NCBI GenBank assembly: GCA_038087875.1
Contig: CM076000.1
Location: 2,294,001-2,358,000, forward strand
Direction of reading: 5' to 3'
Source of the DNA: Malacoraja senta
Lineage: Eukaryota
DNA length: 64,000 nucleotides
Shown: positions 12,825 through 25,456 of the stretch, in pieces
Layout of the letters: every line of letters starts with the position of its first letter
Numbering within the stretch: position 1 is the stretch's first letter
Program-made: the position numbers and the translations under genes
The notes under the pieces: generated by a model
Databases searched by the model: none
Seen by the model: only the letters and a program-made list of their open reading frames with translations
What the model was told of the DNA's origin: nothing

Positions 12825-13327
12825 AGACTTGAGAGATACAGCGAGGAAACGGGTCCTTTGGCCCACCGAGTCCACGCCAACCATAAATCACCCCGTACAC
12901 TGACACTATCCAGCACGCTAGTGACAATTTACAATTTTAACAAAGCCAATAAACCTATAAACCTGCACATCTTTGGAATGTGGGAGGAAACCGGAGCACC
13001 CGGGGAAAACCTATGTGGTAGACAATAGACAATAGGTGCAGGAGTTGGCTATTCGGCCCTTCGAGCCAGCACCGACATTCAATGTGATCATGGCTGATCA
13101 TCCACAACCAGTACCCTGTTCCTGCCTTCTCTCCATATCCCTTAACTCCGCTATCCCTAAGAGCTCTATCTAACTCAATAGGTGCAAGAGTAGGCCATTC
13201 GGCCCTTCGAGCCAGCACGGGGTCACGGGGGAGAACGTACAAACTCCATACAGACAGCATCCATAGTCAGGATCGAACCTGGGTCTCAGGCGCTGTAAGG
13301 CAGCAACTCTACCGTTGCGCCACCGTG
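12825..13327 (-). mobile_element. V-SINE interrupted by a CR1 3'-tail insertion (~13019-13218, partly duplicated)
   Basis: SINE sequence resumes on both sides of the gacaatagacaataggtgcagg... CR1 tail. The tail start is repeated at ~13176. Confidence 0.75.
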
Positions 13328-15978
13328 CCGCCCATAAACTTGCTCGAGCTGAAATGGATGGCAACAGCACTAGTCCGGTGGGGAGTGTGTGCAGCGACAA
13401 TGATTCACACCCTCAGCTGTAGGTGTGGTGGCCGTGGAGGTGTCTGGGGAGGATTGAGACCACCATGGTTGATGGCATGCTCGCATGAAATCCTCCACAT
13501 GTTGCACGTCCCTGACATGCTGCGATCCCTCCTGATTTACAGGCGGCAGATGGGAGTCAGCGTGCAGCTGTCACATCTGCCTGCTGCTCCTTCCCCTCTC
13601 TGTGACCCTCCCCTCGTATTTCGCTGCTTAAAAATTGCTGTGCTGTCTCACACGGCTTACGGGCGAGAGCAGTGCAGAGGCACACACACACACACACCGT
13701 CACACAGTCGATCACTCAGACCCAGGCTCCCCACCACCGACTCCATCTACGCCTCACACAGCCTCGGCAAAGCAGCCAACATCATCAGACTTACACAAAG
13801 TGCTGGAGTAACTCAACAAGTCTGAAGAAGGGTCTCGACCCGAAACATCGCCTATTTCCTTCGCTCCATAGATGCTGCCTCACCCACTGAGTGTCTCCAG
13901 CATTTTTGTCTACCTTCAATTTTCCAGCATCTGCAGTTCCTTCTTAAACAAGTCAGTTACTCCAGCACTTTATGTCTATCTCATAGTTATAGGAGCAGTA
14001 TTAGGCCGTTCAGCCCATCAAGTCTATTTTGCCATTCAATCATGGCTGATCTATCTTTCCCTCTCAACACCATTCTCGTCTTCTCCCCACAACCAATCAA
14101 AAATCTGCCAATCTCCCACTTAAAAATGGCCATTGACTGCCTCCACAACCGTTTGTGGCAATGAATTCCACAGATTCACCACCCTCTGACTATCGTAGGT
14201 GTAAACCAGCATCTGCAGTTCTTTGTTTCTACATCATCAAAGACTAAATGACACAAAGCCCTGGAGTAACTCATTTCAGGTCAGGAATCTTCTTCAGACC
14301 CTTCCTGACCCAAAACGTCACCTATCCATGTACTCCAGAAATGCTGCCTGGCCCCCTGAGTTACTCCAGCACTTTGTGTCCTTTAGTATAAATCAGCATT
14401 TACAGATCCTTGTTTCTACATATTCAAAGACTTGTCCCACCCCAGTAATTCCTTCTTCTTCCTGTTCCTGTTTGACAGAAGGTACCAAGACTCCACCAGA
14501 CTCAGGAACAACTTCTTTCCCTCCAATTAACAGACTTCTGAACGGTCCTTCTATAAGCTAGGGTACTGTTCAATTCATCTCTACCTCTTTGCAGATATTG
14601 GACTTTGTCTCTGGAACTGTTGCACTGCAATGCTGAAAGCTATATTCTGTACTCTGTATCTTCCTCTTTGCTCTATTTATTGTACTTGAGATTAAACTGT
14701 TTACCTTAATTTACTTTAGGTTACTTTATTATTGTCACGTCTACTACTGAGGTACTGTGACAAGGTTTTTTGTTGGGTGCTATCCAGTCAGCAAAAAGAC
14801 TTACATGATTACAATCAAGCCGTCCACAGTGTACAGATATAGGATAAAGGGAATAAAGTTTAGTGCCAGGTAAAGTCCAGTAAAGTCAGATTAAAGATAG
14901 TCTGAAGGACTGCTCTGGCCACACAGTCTGAAGAAGGGTCTTGCCCCAAAATGTCATCCATTTTTTCTCACCAGAGATACTGCCTGTCCCACTGAGTTAC
15001 TCCAGCATATTGTGTTTATTCTTCGGTGTAAACCAGCATCTGCAGTTTCTTCCTACACATTTAGTCTGCTCTCTAGTTTGCGATAGAATGGTTCAGCTGC
15101 CTGATAACAGCTGTGAAGAAACTGTCCCTGAATCTGGAGGTGTGAGTTCTTCAATATCTCTTGCCTGATGGGAGAGGGGCAAAGAGGGAGTGAGATCCGG
15201 GTGAGATCCTTGATTATGCTGGTAGCTTTGCCGAGGTATAGATGGAGTCAATGGAAGGGAAGGGGTCAAGGAAAGAGCGTTCACGTCACGGCCCTGTTTT
15301 CACCAATCTTTCCACAACCACGGCTAAGAAGCACAAGAAGCGCAAGACAGACACCATTGTATGCAGATGCCGAGAAGTGTGTTCAGCTCTGGCTGAACAA
15401 CTTCTAATCTTGTGTGTGGACTCGATAAGAAGATGGAAGGGAAGTTGGTTTGTGTGACGGTTTGGGCTACTGTACATCTACAACTCTCTGAAATTTCTTG
15501 CAGACTTGGATGGAACTATTCCCGAACCATGCTGAGATGCATCCCGATACGATGCATTCTACGGCGCATTTTTTAGATGTTGGTGAGAGTTGTAGGGGAC
15601 TTCCTCTGCACTTCCTAGGCCTTCAAAGGAAGTAGAGATTTTGGTGTGCTTTCTTGGTCTTTGCTTCGATATGGATGGTCCAAGACAAGTTGCTGGTGAT
15701 ATTTACTCTTACGGACTGATTGTATCTCTGAATGGATTTATATGATCTGTTTGGACAGCATGCAAAACAAAGCTTTACATTGTACCTGACCTACATGGCC
15801 AGTAGGTTGGGCAGGGGAGAGGTCAGGCCAGGTGGCCACTAAGGTATGGGTGAGGTTGCAAGTGGGCTATCCTGTGAGGGGCTCTGATGAGGAGTTCAGT
15901 GGCCTGGCCTACAGGTGTGGCTGGATGGACAAACACAATCATTCATTGTCAGGGACAACGGGAGGAGTTCACACACAT

Positions 15979-16991
15979 GGTGCTGGGACCGCAGCTATTT
16001 ACAATATACATCAATGATTTGGATGAAGGGATTCAAAGTAACATTAGCAAATTTGCAGATGACACAAAGCTGGGTGGCAGTGTGAACTGTGAGGAGGATG
16101 CTATGAGAATGCAGGGTGACTTGGACAGGTTGGGGGAGTGGGCAGATGCATGACAGATGAAGTTTAATGTGGAGAAATGTGAGGTTATCCACTTTGGTAG
16201 CAAAAGCAGGAAGACAGATTACTATCTAAATGGCGTCAAGTTGGGAAAAGGGGAAGTACAGTGGGATCTGGGGGTCCTTGTTCATCAGTCAATGAAAGTA
16301 AGCATGCAGGTACAGCAGGCAGTGAAGAAAGCGAATGGCTTGTTGGCCTTTATAACAAGAGGAGTTGAGTATAGGAGCAAAGAGGTCCTTCTGCAGTTGT
16401 ACAGAGCCCTAGTGAGACCACACCTGGAGTATTGTGTGCAGTTTTGGTCCCCTAATTTGAGGAAGGACATTCTTGCTATTGACGGAATGCCGCATAGGTT
16501 TACAAGGTTAATTCCCGGGATGGCGGGACTGTCATATGCTGAGAGAATGAAGCAGCTGGGCTTGTACACTCTGGAGTTTAGAAGGATGAGAGGAGATCTT
16601 ATGAAACATATAAGATTGTTAAGGGTTTGGACATGCTGGAAGCAGGAAACATGTTCCCCATGTTGGGGGAATCCAGAACCAGGGGCCACAGTTTAAGAAT
16701 AAGGGTTAAGCCATTTAGAACGGAGACGAGGAAACACTTTTTCTCACAGAGAGTTGTGAGTGTGTGGAATTCTCTGCCTCAGAGGGCGGTGGAGGCAGGT
16801 TCTCTGGATGCTTTCGAGAGAGAGCTGGATAGGGCTCTTAAAGATAGTGGAGTCAGGGGATATGGGGAAAAGGCAGGAACGGGGTACTGATTGGGGATGA
16901 TCAGCCATGATCACATTGAATGGCAGTGCTGGCTCGAAGGGCCGAATTGCCTACTCCTGCACCTATTGTCTATTATCTATTGTCTATTGTC
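15979..16991 (+). mobile_element. 5'-truncated CR1 LINE (RT C-terminal half and 3' UTR), few disruptions
   Basis: VLGPQLFTIYINDLD...KFADDTKLGG...; YRALVRPHLEYCVQFWSP; ...GYGEKAGTGY* (16890); (ctattgt)n tail. One stop at ~16151 and one frameshift at ~16600. Confidence 0.92.
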
Positions 16992-17027
16992 ATGGCCTCC
17001 TTCAGAGCTTGGTAGCCACTTCATTTC

Positions 17028-17295
17028 ACAGTGGCGTAGCGATAGAGTTGTTGCCTTACAGCATTTGTAGCGGTGGAGACCCAGGTTCGATCCCGACTAC
17101 GGGTACTGTCTCCGATATCTTCGGTTTCCTCCCACACTCCAAAGACGTACAGGTATGTAGGTAAATTAGCTTGGTAAATGTAAAAATTGTCCCTAGTATG
17201 TGTAGGATAGTATTAATATGAGGGGATTGCTGGTCGGCATGGACCCGGTGGCCCGAAGGGCCTGTTTCCGCGCTGTATCTCTAAACTAAACTAAA
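17028..17295 (+). mobile_element. V-SINE with internal deletion
   Basis: SINE head and tail present, central part deleted. Confidence 0.75.
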
Positions 17296-18716
17296 GCATC
17301 ATTGCCCATCCAACGTGCGTCCAATGTATGAGATGCCAAGTTAAACTGATCTCATCTGCCTGTACTTATCCAAAAGCCTCTTAAACGCCACTATCATATC
17401 TGCCTCCATCACCATCCCTGGCAATGTGTTCCAAGCCCCCACCACTCTCTGTGTAAAAGATCTTGCCCCACACATCTCCATTAAACTTTCCCCTTTTCAC
17501 CTTATACTCGATTCTAATCATGTATAGTCTTTCCGTTGACTGGTTAGCACAAATAAAAAGCTTTTCACTGTACCTTGTTACATGTGACAATAAACTAAAC
17601 TAAAATAAACTAAACTAAATGATGGCCTCTAGTGTTGGACATTTCCACCCTGGACTGTCTACCCTATCGATATCTCTCATCATTTTATATACCTCTGTCA
17701 AGTCTCGCCTCAGCTTCCGATGTTCCAGAGGAAACAATCTCGCCTGTAGTTAAAACCCTCTAATCCAAACAGCGTTCTGTCCTCTCCACATTCCCCCGCC
17801 GTTTTCCACTGAGAGAGCAATGCTCACCAGAACTCCTTGACGGAGGAGCAACACTGTTCTGCTCGGGCTCCTCCTCCGCCTTTTTCCTTTCTTCTCCCCA
17901 CCCCCCATCAGTCTGAAGAAGGGTTTTGGCCCGAAACGTTGCCTATTTCCTTCGCTCCATAGATGCTGCTGCACCCGCTGAGTTTCTCCAGCATTTTTGT
18001 GTACCTTCGATTTTCCAGCATCTGCAGTTCCTTCTTAAACACTATTCTGCTGTAAGTCAGGCCGCACAAATTCTTTGTTCTGCAAAACCGCTCCCTTTTG
18101 ATTACAAAGCCTGGCACAAGTCCTGGAGAAAGATTAATCCGTGACTTACTCCGACCGGCACTCTGCAGATCTATCAGCATCCAACCCACTAGTAATTGAT
18201 GGCCCTGTTTGTGGAGAGAGAGAGAGAGGCCCATCCTTAAGCTAAATGCAAACTTCCGCAGGTCGGATTAACACATAGTGTTAGGAACATAGTTGACGAT
18301 ATTCTGATAGGGCTGTCATTAGTTTAGTTTGGTTTAGTTTATTGTTAGGAGTACCGAGGTACAGTGAAAAGCTTTGTTGTTGCACTATCGCAACATTTAA
18401 GAAACATTTTGACAGATACATGGATAGGACAGGTTTAGAGGGATATTGGCCAACTACAGGTAGGTGGGACTTGTGTAGATGGGACATGTTGGTTGGTGTG
18501 GCCAAGTTGGGCTGAAGGGCCTGTTTCCACACTGTAAGACTCAATGACTCTTTGACTCCATGTTGCGTGCTATCCAGACAGCAGAAATGTCAGGATCGAA
18601 CCTGGATCTCGAGTGCTGTGAAGCTACAGCTCCACCCGGCTGCACCACTGTGTGACACTCCTTATATTTATTTTATCGCCCCGTCACATTGCATTAGTTC
18701 AATCACACGCTCATTA

Positions 18717-19017
18717 CAATAGACAATAGACAATAGGTGCAGGAGTTGGCCATTCGGCCCTTCGAGCCAGCACCGCCATTCAATGTGATCATGGCTGATC
18801 ATCCCCAATCAATAACCCTTTCCTGCCTTCTCCCCATATCCCCTGACTCTGCTATCTTTAAGAGCCCTATCTAGCTCTCTCTTGAAAGTATCCAGAGAAC
18901 CGACCTCCACCGCCCTCTGAGGCAGAGAATTCCACAGACTCACAACTCTCTGTGTGAAAAAGTGTTTCCTCATTTCCGTTCTAAATGGCTTACCCCTTAT
19001 TCTTAAACTGTGGCCCC
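18717..19017 (-). mobile_element. CR1 LINE 3' fragment
   Basis: RGHSLRIRGKPFRTEMRKHFFTQRVVSLWNSLPQ...GYGEKAGKGY*. Nearly the same family as 15979-16991. Confidence 0.9.
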
Positions 19018-21544
19018 TAAGTGCTAACGTGACATTTTTCTTGAATTGATCACCTCTTATGGTTCCAATCCTTTCCATAGTTTTCCATCCAGAAAGTGGA
19101 ATGAGGGTCTGAAATTCCTTTTGTTCAGATCGAGAAAAAGCATCATTACATTTAATTGTTGTAACCTGCCAGGCTACAGACCAAGGGTCAGAAAGTGGGA
19201 TTAGGCAGCACAGACCTTCACCAGCACAATTGTCGTGAACTAAATGGCCTCCTTCAGTAGAAATGGCCTAGTTCTAAAGAACTGCAGATGCTGGTTTATA
19301 CCAAAGAGAGACCAAGGTGCTGGAGTAACTCAGTGGGTCAGGCAGCATCTCTTGGGAGAAAAAGGTGGGTGCCGATTTGGGTCTGCACCCTTCTTCAGAC
19401 TGAAAGTAGGGGATGGGGGGTGGTGGGGTGAAGAGCTGGAGATGAGAAAAGACCAGTATCATTCAGGGCTGGTCACAAGCTTGCTTGGTAAGCCCATTGC
19501 TGGCTAGGGAAGGTGTGACCTTAAGAGGAAAACAATGTGGAAAACTGTGGAACTGGTAAAATGACTAGGGAGGAGGAAGTGGACAAGGGGGAGAGGGGAG
19601 GGGAGATGAGATAAGGTTACTTAAAATTAGAGAATTCAATGTTCATACCGCTGGGTTGTAAGCTACCTATGTTATACATTTCTCTAATTCAAAGCATGGG
19701 GTCTTTGTTTTATAGTTGATCATCTTCATACTGCCTGAATTTCAGTAATATTATGGGCTGGACTCTTTGGATTGAATCAGTCTGAAGAAGGGTCTTGACC
19801 CAAAACATCATCTGCCCATTCCCTACACAGATGCTGCCTGAGTTTTCGAGTCCCTCCAGCACTTGGGGTTGAACAAGATCCCAGCATTTGCAGCTCGTTA
19901 TATCTCCAATCCCCACATTAACTCCCTCTCTTTCCCTGTTCAGATAGCGAGTTTTCAACCTGAAAACACAAGCCTCACAGCTCCAGAGACCCAGATTTCA
20001 TATTGTTCTCCAGTGCTGTCCGTGTCGAGTTTGCATGTTCTCCCTCTGACCACAAACAGGATCGAACCCGGGTCCCCAGTGCTGTAACGAAGCAACTCTA
20101 CCGCTGCACCACTCTGCCACCCATCAGTTACTATTTGAAAGGGGATGGGACAACTATGCTCAGCAAATAATGACACACTTTAAGAGTGCAATCTGTAGAA
20201 GGACTGGCCGTGTTTTAAATCAGTGCCTCGTTTAAGTTGGCGTGCAACAACTTCAGTAAATGTCTGGTTTCAATAAAATGACCACTGGCAGGTAACAGAT
20301 CACTTAGAGTGTGTATCTTACAAGTTTCCCTTTGAGCCTCTTTCTCCGACTGTGCGTGATAGGAATGTGATGGGGTTGAGCGGTCACTGGAGATCCAAAA
20401 GGTGTGGCCGTCCTTTGCAAAAATTCCAGCTGAATTTGCCGACTCCTATGCTAGAATATGTATAAAAAAACACATTTTTAATCTCTTCGTCTCTCCGTCC
20501 CTCCCCCACCCTAGACTTCTTGCTAATTTGACCGTATGTATCCCTTCGTTATCACCTCATCCCCGGCCATCAAGGGATCGTTGTGGGCTCCACCTTTCCT
20601 GAGCCTTCGATGCCGGCTCTGCTTTGTTCTGCACCTTCCCACACTTCTAATGTCCCCCTCCCTGACTCTGTCTAATGAAGGGTCTCGACCCGAAACGTCA
20701 CCTATTCCTTTTCTCCAGAGATGCTGCCTGACCCGCTGAGTTACTCCAGCATTTTGTGTTTGCACCTTTTTGAATATATATTCTGGTGCACAGGTTTGTA
20801 CGCTCATGTGAATGTTCTACATACATGTATTTGCATGTGCGTGTGTGCGTACATTGTCTATGCTGCAGTCCGTGGCCATTAACTGGACTTCCTTGCTTTT
20901 GAACATGATCTCATTCAGTCAGGCACTTCTCCAGCTGGGGTGTGGTGTCTACACTACAGTAAAATAATTCAGTATCTTCACTCCTCTGAGCTGCAGTGGA
21001 AGGCAGGTACTAATCAAAGGAAAAAATATGCTTTAGATCTCCAATTAATACCCAGAATTTCCAAACGCACAAGTTTTGGAATTGAATTCAGAAGCAACAC
21101 AAAGGCCAATCTGTTCAGAAAAATGCCATGGAGTAGGATTAAATCTGGTCGCCACAGCAAAGCAAAGGAGACCAGAAATAGCTTTGAACTAAAAGGAGTT
21201 ACTGGGCTCATTTTCACCTGCACAATCTGTTTCACACTGCGCTTGGTACAGAGCTAAATATTCATATTCTTTGCCAGTGAAAACTATTAGCGCTGTTCTT
21301 ATCTGCTGCAATTTGTGGCATAATTTATTGAAGAGGAACAGGATTTAAAGCACTTTTGTCTTTTAAGATATGCCTAAAATATTGAAGGAATAAAACAGCA
21401 AATCTCAGTTAAGCTGTTATGGCCTGCACTCTGGTATCTTTCACTTCTGCCTAGTGTAGTTTAGATTAGTTTATTCATGTGTACTGAGGTACAGTGAAAA
21501 GCTTTTGTTACCTTAGTGTAATTGTATTTTTTAAAGATTTTTTT

Positions 21545-21848
21545 TAGATTTTAGATTTTAGAGATACAGTGCAGAAACAGGCCCTTCGGCCCACCGAGCC
21601 CGCGCCCACCAGTGATCACCCCGTACACTGGCACCATCCTACACACTAGGGACAATTCTACAACTTGCCAAAGTCAATTAACCTACAAACATGTTAGTCT
21701 TTAATGTGTGGGAGGAAACCGGAGCATCCGGGGAAAAGCCATGCAGATCATGGGGAGAATGTATAAACTATGTACAGATAGCACTCATAGTCAGGATCGA
21801 ACCGGGGGTCTCTGGCGCTGTAAGGCTGCAACTCTACCGCTGCACCAC
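21545..21848 (-). mobile_element. HE1-like V-SINE
   Basis: Reverse complement of the SINE consensus seen at 10033. Confidence 0.8.
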
Positions 21849-22379
21849 ATGTATTCATGTATAGTATCATCTGATCTGTTTGGATCACATGCAGACAAAA
21901 GCATTTCACTACACCTAGGCAAACGTGGCAATAATAAACCTAAACCTAAACCTTAACCCAAACCAGTTTCATATTTACAAAGTTCTGCAAATATTAATGC
22001 TGCTTTTTTTTCCCAGAGGAAGTACTGAACCATTTTCAGCTGTTAATCAATGACTTGTCTGTTTTTATCTTAACACAGAGCTCCACCGCAGTGGCTCCAT
22101 CCCTCTCACACATGCTTTAACAGTGAGTATAATTGACTGAATTAAACAGCTGTTCCCTGTGCCACCCAAGGTTGCCACCACTGGTAGTAGCACACATTCT
22201 ACCAGGCTGTGCCACTGTGTTTCACAGCACCCAAGTAGCCTGGCGTTGGAGAATCCTCGAAACGCTCCCTCCCTGCCAAGTGTATCAGTTCCACTTCATT
22301 CAAAATGGAGTGCCTGACTGATCAGGAACAAAGGAAAGGAAAGTACAAACTGTGCAAACCCATTGCACAGGCGCTTTGG

Positions 22380-22730
22380 CTTGCGGTTTGCTTTTGATCT
22401 CTCTGCGCATGTGCCAAAAACCAACTCCTTTGTACTGAGAATGTGTGCCACAAATATAACATAATTATCAGGCCCACTGCCCGCACTACCGACGCCTCTG
22501 TGCACCTAACGATTTACCTTTTTTCTGTCTGGTAAATGCGAGCATTTTGTGTCATGGTAACAACACGCAAACAGACCAAGCCGCCAACTTCTGCGCACAA
22601 TGAAAGATGCATTCATAGGGCACGTCATCCCCCCTTGCCCAGCACCTGGCACATGAAGTCATCACAACCGTACACTTGTTTTCCATTGGTGACAGGCTGC
22701 CACCATGGCTGACTGCACAGGTCTGTTTTG
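22380..22730. promoter_or_regulatory. Candidate promoter / first-exon region
   Basis: Non-repetitive island with an NRF1-like TGCGCATGTG (22404-22413), RFX X-box-like GTGTCATGGTAAC (22549-22561), CRE/ATF-like CACGTCA (22621-22627), ATTGG (22685-22689), a minus-strand donor AAG|GTAAAT at 22517, and GCCACCATGG at 22699-22708. Confidence 0.35.
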
Positions 22731-24046
22731 GTACACTTTACATGAGGTATAAACAGTGCTTTTTACATCCACATTAGCCAAGCATCAATCGACCTCCATT
22801 ATACAGCCTTGAAAAGACATTTCAGATGACCGATGTGCAAACTTAACATGCTTGAGAGAAGAAAAAGGTACGACTTGTGCAGCAATCTCTCACTACCAGC
22901 ATTTCCAGCAGCAGAACCAGAGAAGCCCTTTAAAACAGTGCCAACCACTATACTGGGTGATATCAGATAAGAGCGTTGTGTGTGGCAATCCAATCAGCTG
23001 AGAAAACACTGCTCCTTTGATCAACTCCAGTGTGATTTATTGAAGCAAACCTGTACCAGGTTGTGGAAATGTCCTTAATACAGGAAAAAAAAATGCGATT
23101 GATGTTAAAAAGGAAGCCCTCATAATAAATTATTTGTAAAGTTAAAAGTAGATCTGCACTCAGTTCCTTTGATTATTGAAAAATGTAAAAGCAGCAAAAT
23201 GTGAATATGAGAGTTTGCTTTGTGTGATCATTTAGGCTGAGTGGGTAAAAGAGGTCAGGAAGTCCTTGGAGAGGTAAGGCTGGCAAGTCTAAAGAACGAA
23301 CAACGAAACAAGGAGCTATAGATAATGGTTTACCAAGGACACGAAGTGCTGGAGAAACTCAGCGGGTCAGGCAACATCTCTAGAGAACATGAATCGGTGC
23401 CGTTTTGGGTCGGGGCTCTTCTTCAGACTGATTGTAGTTGAGGGGGGTAAGAAAGGTAGAAGAGAGATGTGGAGTGTGAGAAAGCATGGCAAGTGATAGG
23501 TGGCTGCAGGTGAGGGGTGTTTGATTGGCCGATGGTCGGACAAAAATTAAAAGACAAAAAATATGAGGAGATAAGAAGAAAAGAGACATGAAATGTAAAG
23601 ACAGAGGATGGAATATAAGTGGAAGGGGATGAGATGGAAGGGAAAAGGAGAAAATAGTCCACATCCAGGTGGGGCAGAGGGAAGAGAGAGGGGAAAAAAG
23701 GGGGAGAAAGAAGGGGGGGTAGTAGGTTAGTTACCTAGGGCAACACACAAGCACAGCTGTCTGATCCTGACCTCGGGTGCTGTCGGTGTGGAGTTTGCAC
23801 GTTCTTCCCGTGACCACATGGGTTTGCTCCAGGTGCCCCAGTTTCCTCCCTAAATTCATGTGGGTTCGTAAGTTAATTGGCCCTCTGTAAATTGCCCCTA
23901 GTGTGCAGGGAGTGGATGAGAAAGTGGGATAGCACAGAACTAGTGTGAAAGGGTCAACATGGACTTGATGGGCTGAAGGGCCTGTTTCTGGCGGTATCTC
24001 TAAACTAAACTAAATCTTAAAAATGGAGAATTTAATGTTTATACCG

Positions 24047-24275
24047 TGTAGGAAGGAATTGCGGATGATGGTTTACACCGAAGATAGACACAAAATGCTG
24101 GAGTAACTCAACGGGTCAGGTAGCATCTCTGGAGAAAATGAATGTGATGTTTCGGATCGAAACCTTTCTTCAGACTCAATCTGAAGATGGATTTTGACCT
24201 GAAACGTCACCCATTCCTTTTCATCAGAGATACTGCCTGACCCGCTGCGTTACTCTGGCATTTTGTGTCCACCTT
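24047..24275. mobile_element. Penelope-like terminal repeat pair in inverted orientation
   Basis: A minus copy (…cttcagact) abuts a plus copy (ctgaagatgg…gaaacgtcacc…ccgctg.gttactc), forming an imperfect palindrome. Confidence 0.7.
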
Positions 24276-25456
24276 TATTGTTCATACCATTAAATTGTAA
24301 GCCACCCAAGTGGCTTAAAGAACGAGCAGCAGTATTGGGCTCAGTTGGCACGCTAATGAAGCAGACCCACCAGGAACTTGGCACTGCTCTCTGTTTTGTG
24401 TCAAAATTAATTTAAGCAAAACAAAGATTGTTAAATGGAAGAACACGATTGCTGCAAATGGGCAAAGGTAAAGCTCTGTGAGATTTGAGCCTTCGTTTAG
24501 TTTAGTTTAGATACAGCATGGAAACAGGCCCTTCAGCCCACCGAGTCCATGTCGATCATCGATCACCCAATACACTGGCACCATCCTACGCACTGGGAAC
24601 AATTTACAATTGTTACTGAAGCCAAATTAACTTACCAACCTGCATGTCTTTGGAGTGTGGGAGGAAACTGGAGCACCCTAAGAAAACCCACACAAACAAA
24701 TTCCGTACAGACAGCACCCGTAGTCAGGATTGAACCTGGTCTCTGGAGTTGTTAGGCAGCGACTCTATCCCCCTTCAATTTATCTCGATTTATTATAAAG
24801 ATGGCAGCAAGGTATTATCATCTGCTCGACCTTTCATTTCGTGCACATTAAACAATTTATAAATCTAAGTGAGGTAGCCATTTTTATATAAAGGTCAGTT
24901 TTATTTTATAATAATCATGATCAACACTGGAAAGAAAGTAGCAGTTAGGGTGGCACAGTGGTGCAGCTGGTGGAGGCATAGTCATACAGTGGAAACAGGC
25001 TCTTTGGCCCAACTTCTCTATGCCTACCAACATGGCCCATCTCCACTAGTCCCACCTGCCTGTATTTGGTCTATATCCCTCTAAACCTATCCTATCATTG
25101 TACCTGTCCAAATGTCTTTTAAATGTTGTTTTACTTTGGAGTCACGTGAGTGACTACATGAAGAACCCGCCAGCATGCATGCGTGTCATATCGTCGAACG
25201 CATGGCGCAGCAACTGGCCGGCTGGCGCGGGGCTCCACGCGGGTAAGTTTAAAAAAGACCCACAGGTAAGTTCTTACCTATTCTGAGGTCGTTTTTTCTT
25301 CTAGTAGATTGCTTTACAGAACGGTGTGTTCCAGTATAATGGATAAGTCGAGGGCCAAGTCCAAATGGACCGCGACGAAACAGGCTGCGGACCGCAGAAG
25401 TACGGGCAGTCAGCAGCGGCCGAATTCACCTCCCAGCTGAGCCAGCAACCTCCGAC

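Noticed and set aside
20940..21257. 105-aa plus-strand ORF in unique sequence (also 36355-36651 and 8932-9255 as whole ORFs)
   Set aside because: No recognisable homology or convincing start and splice boundaries, and the lengths are compatible with chance.
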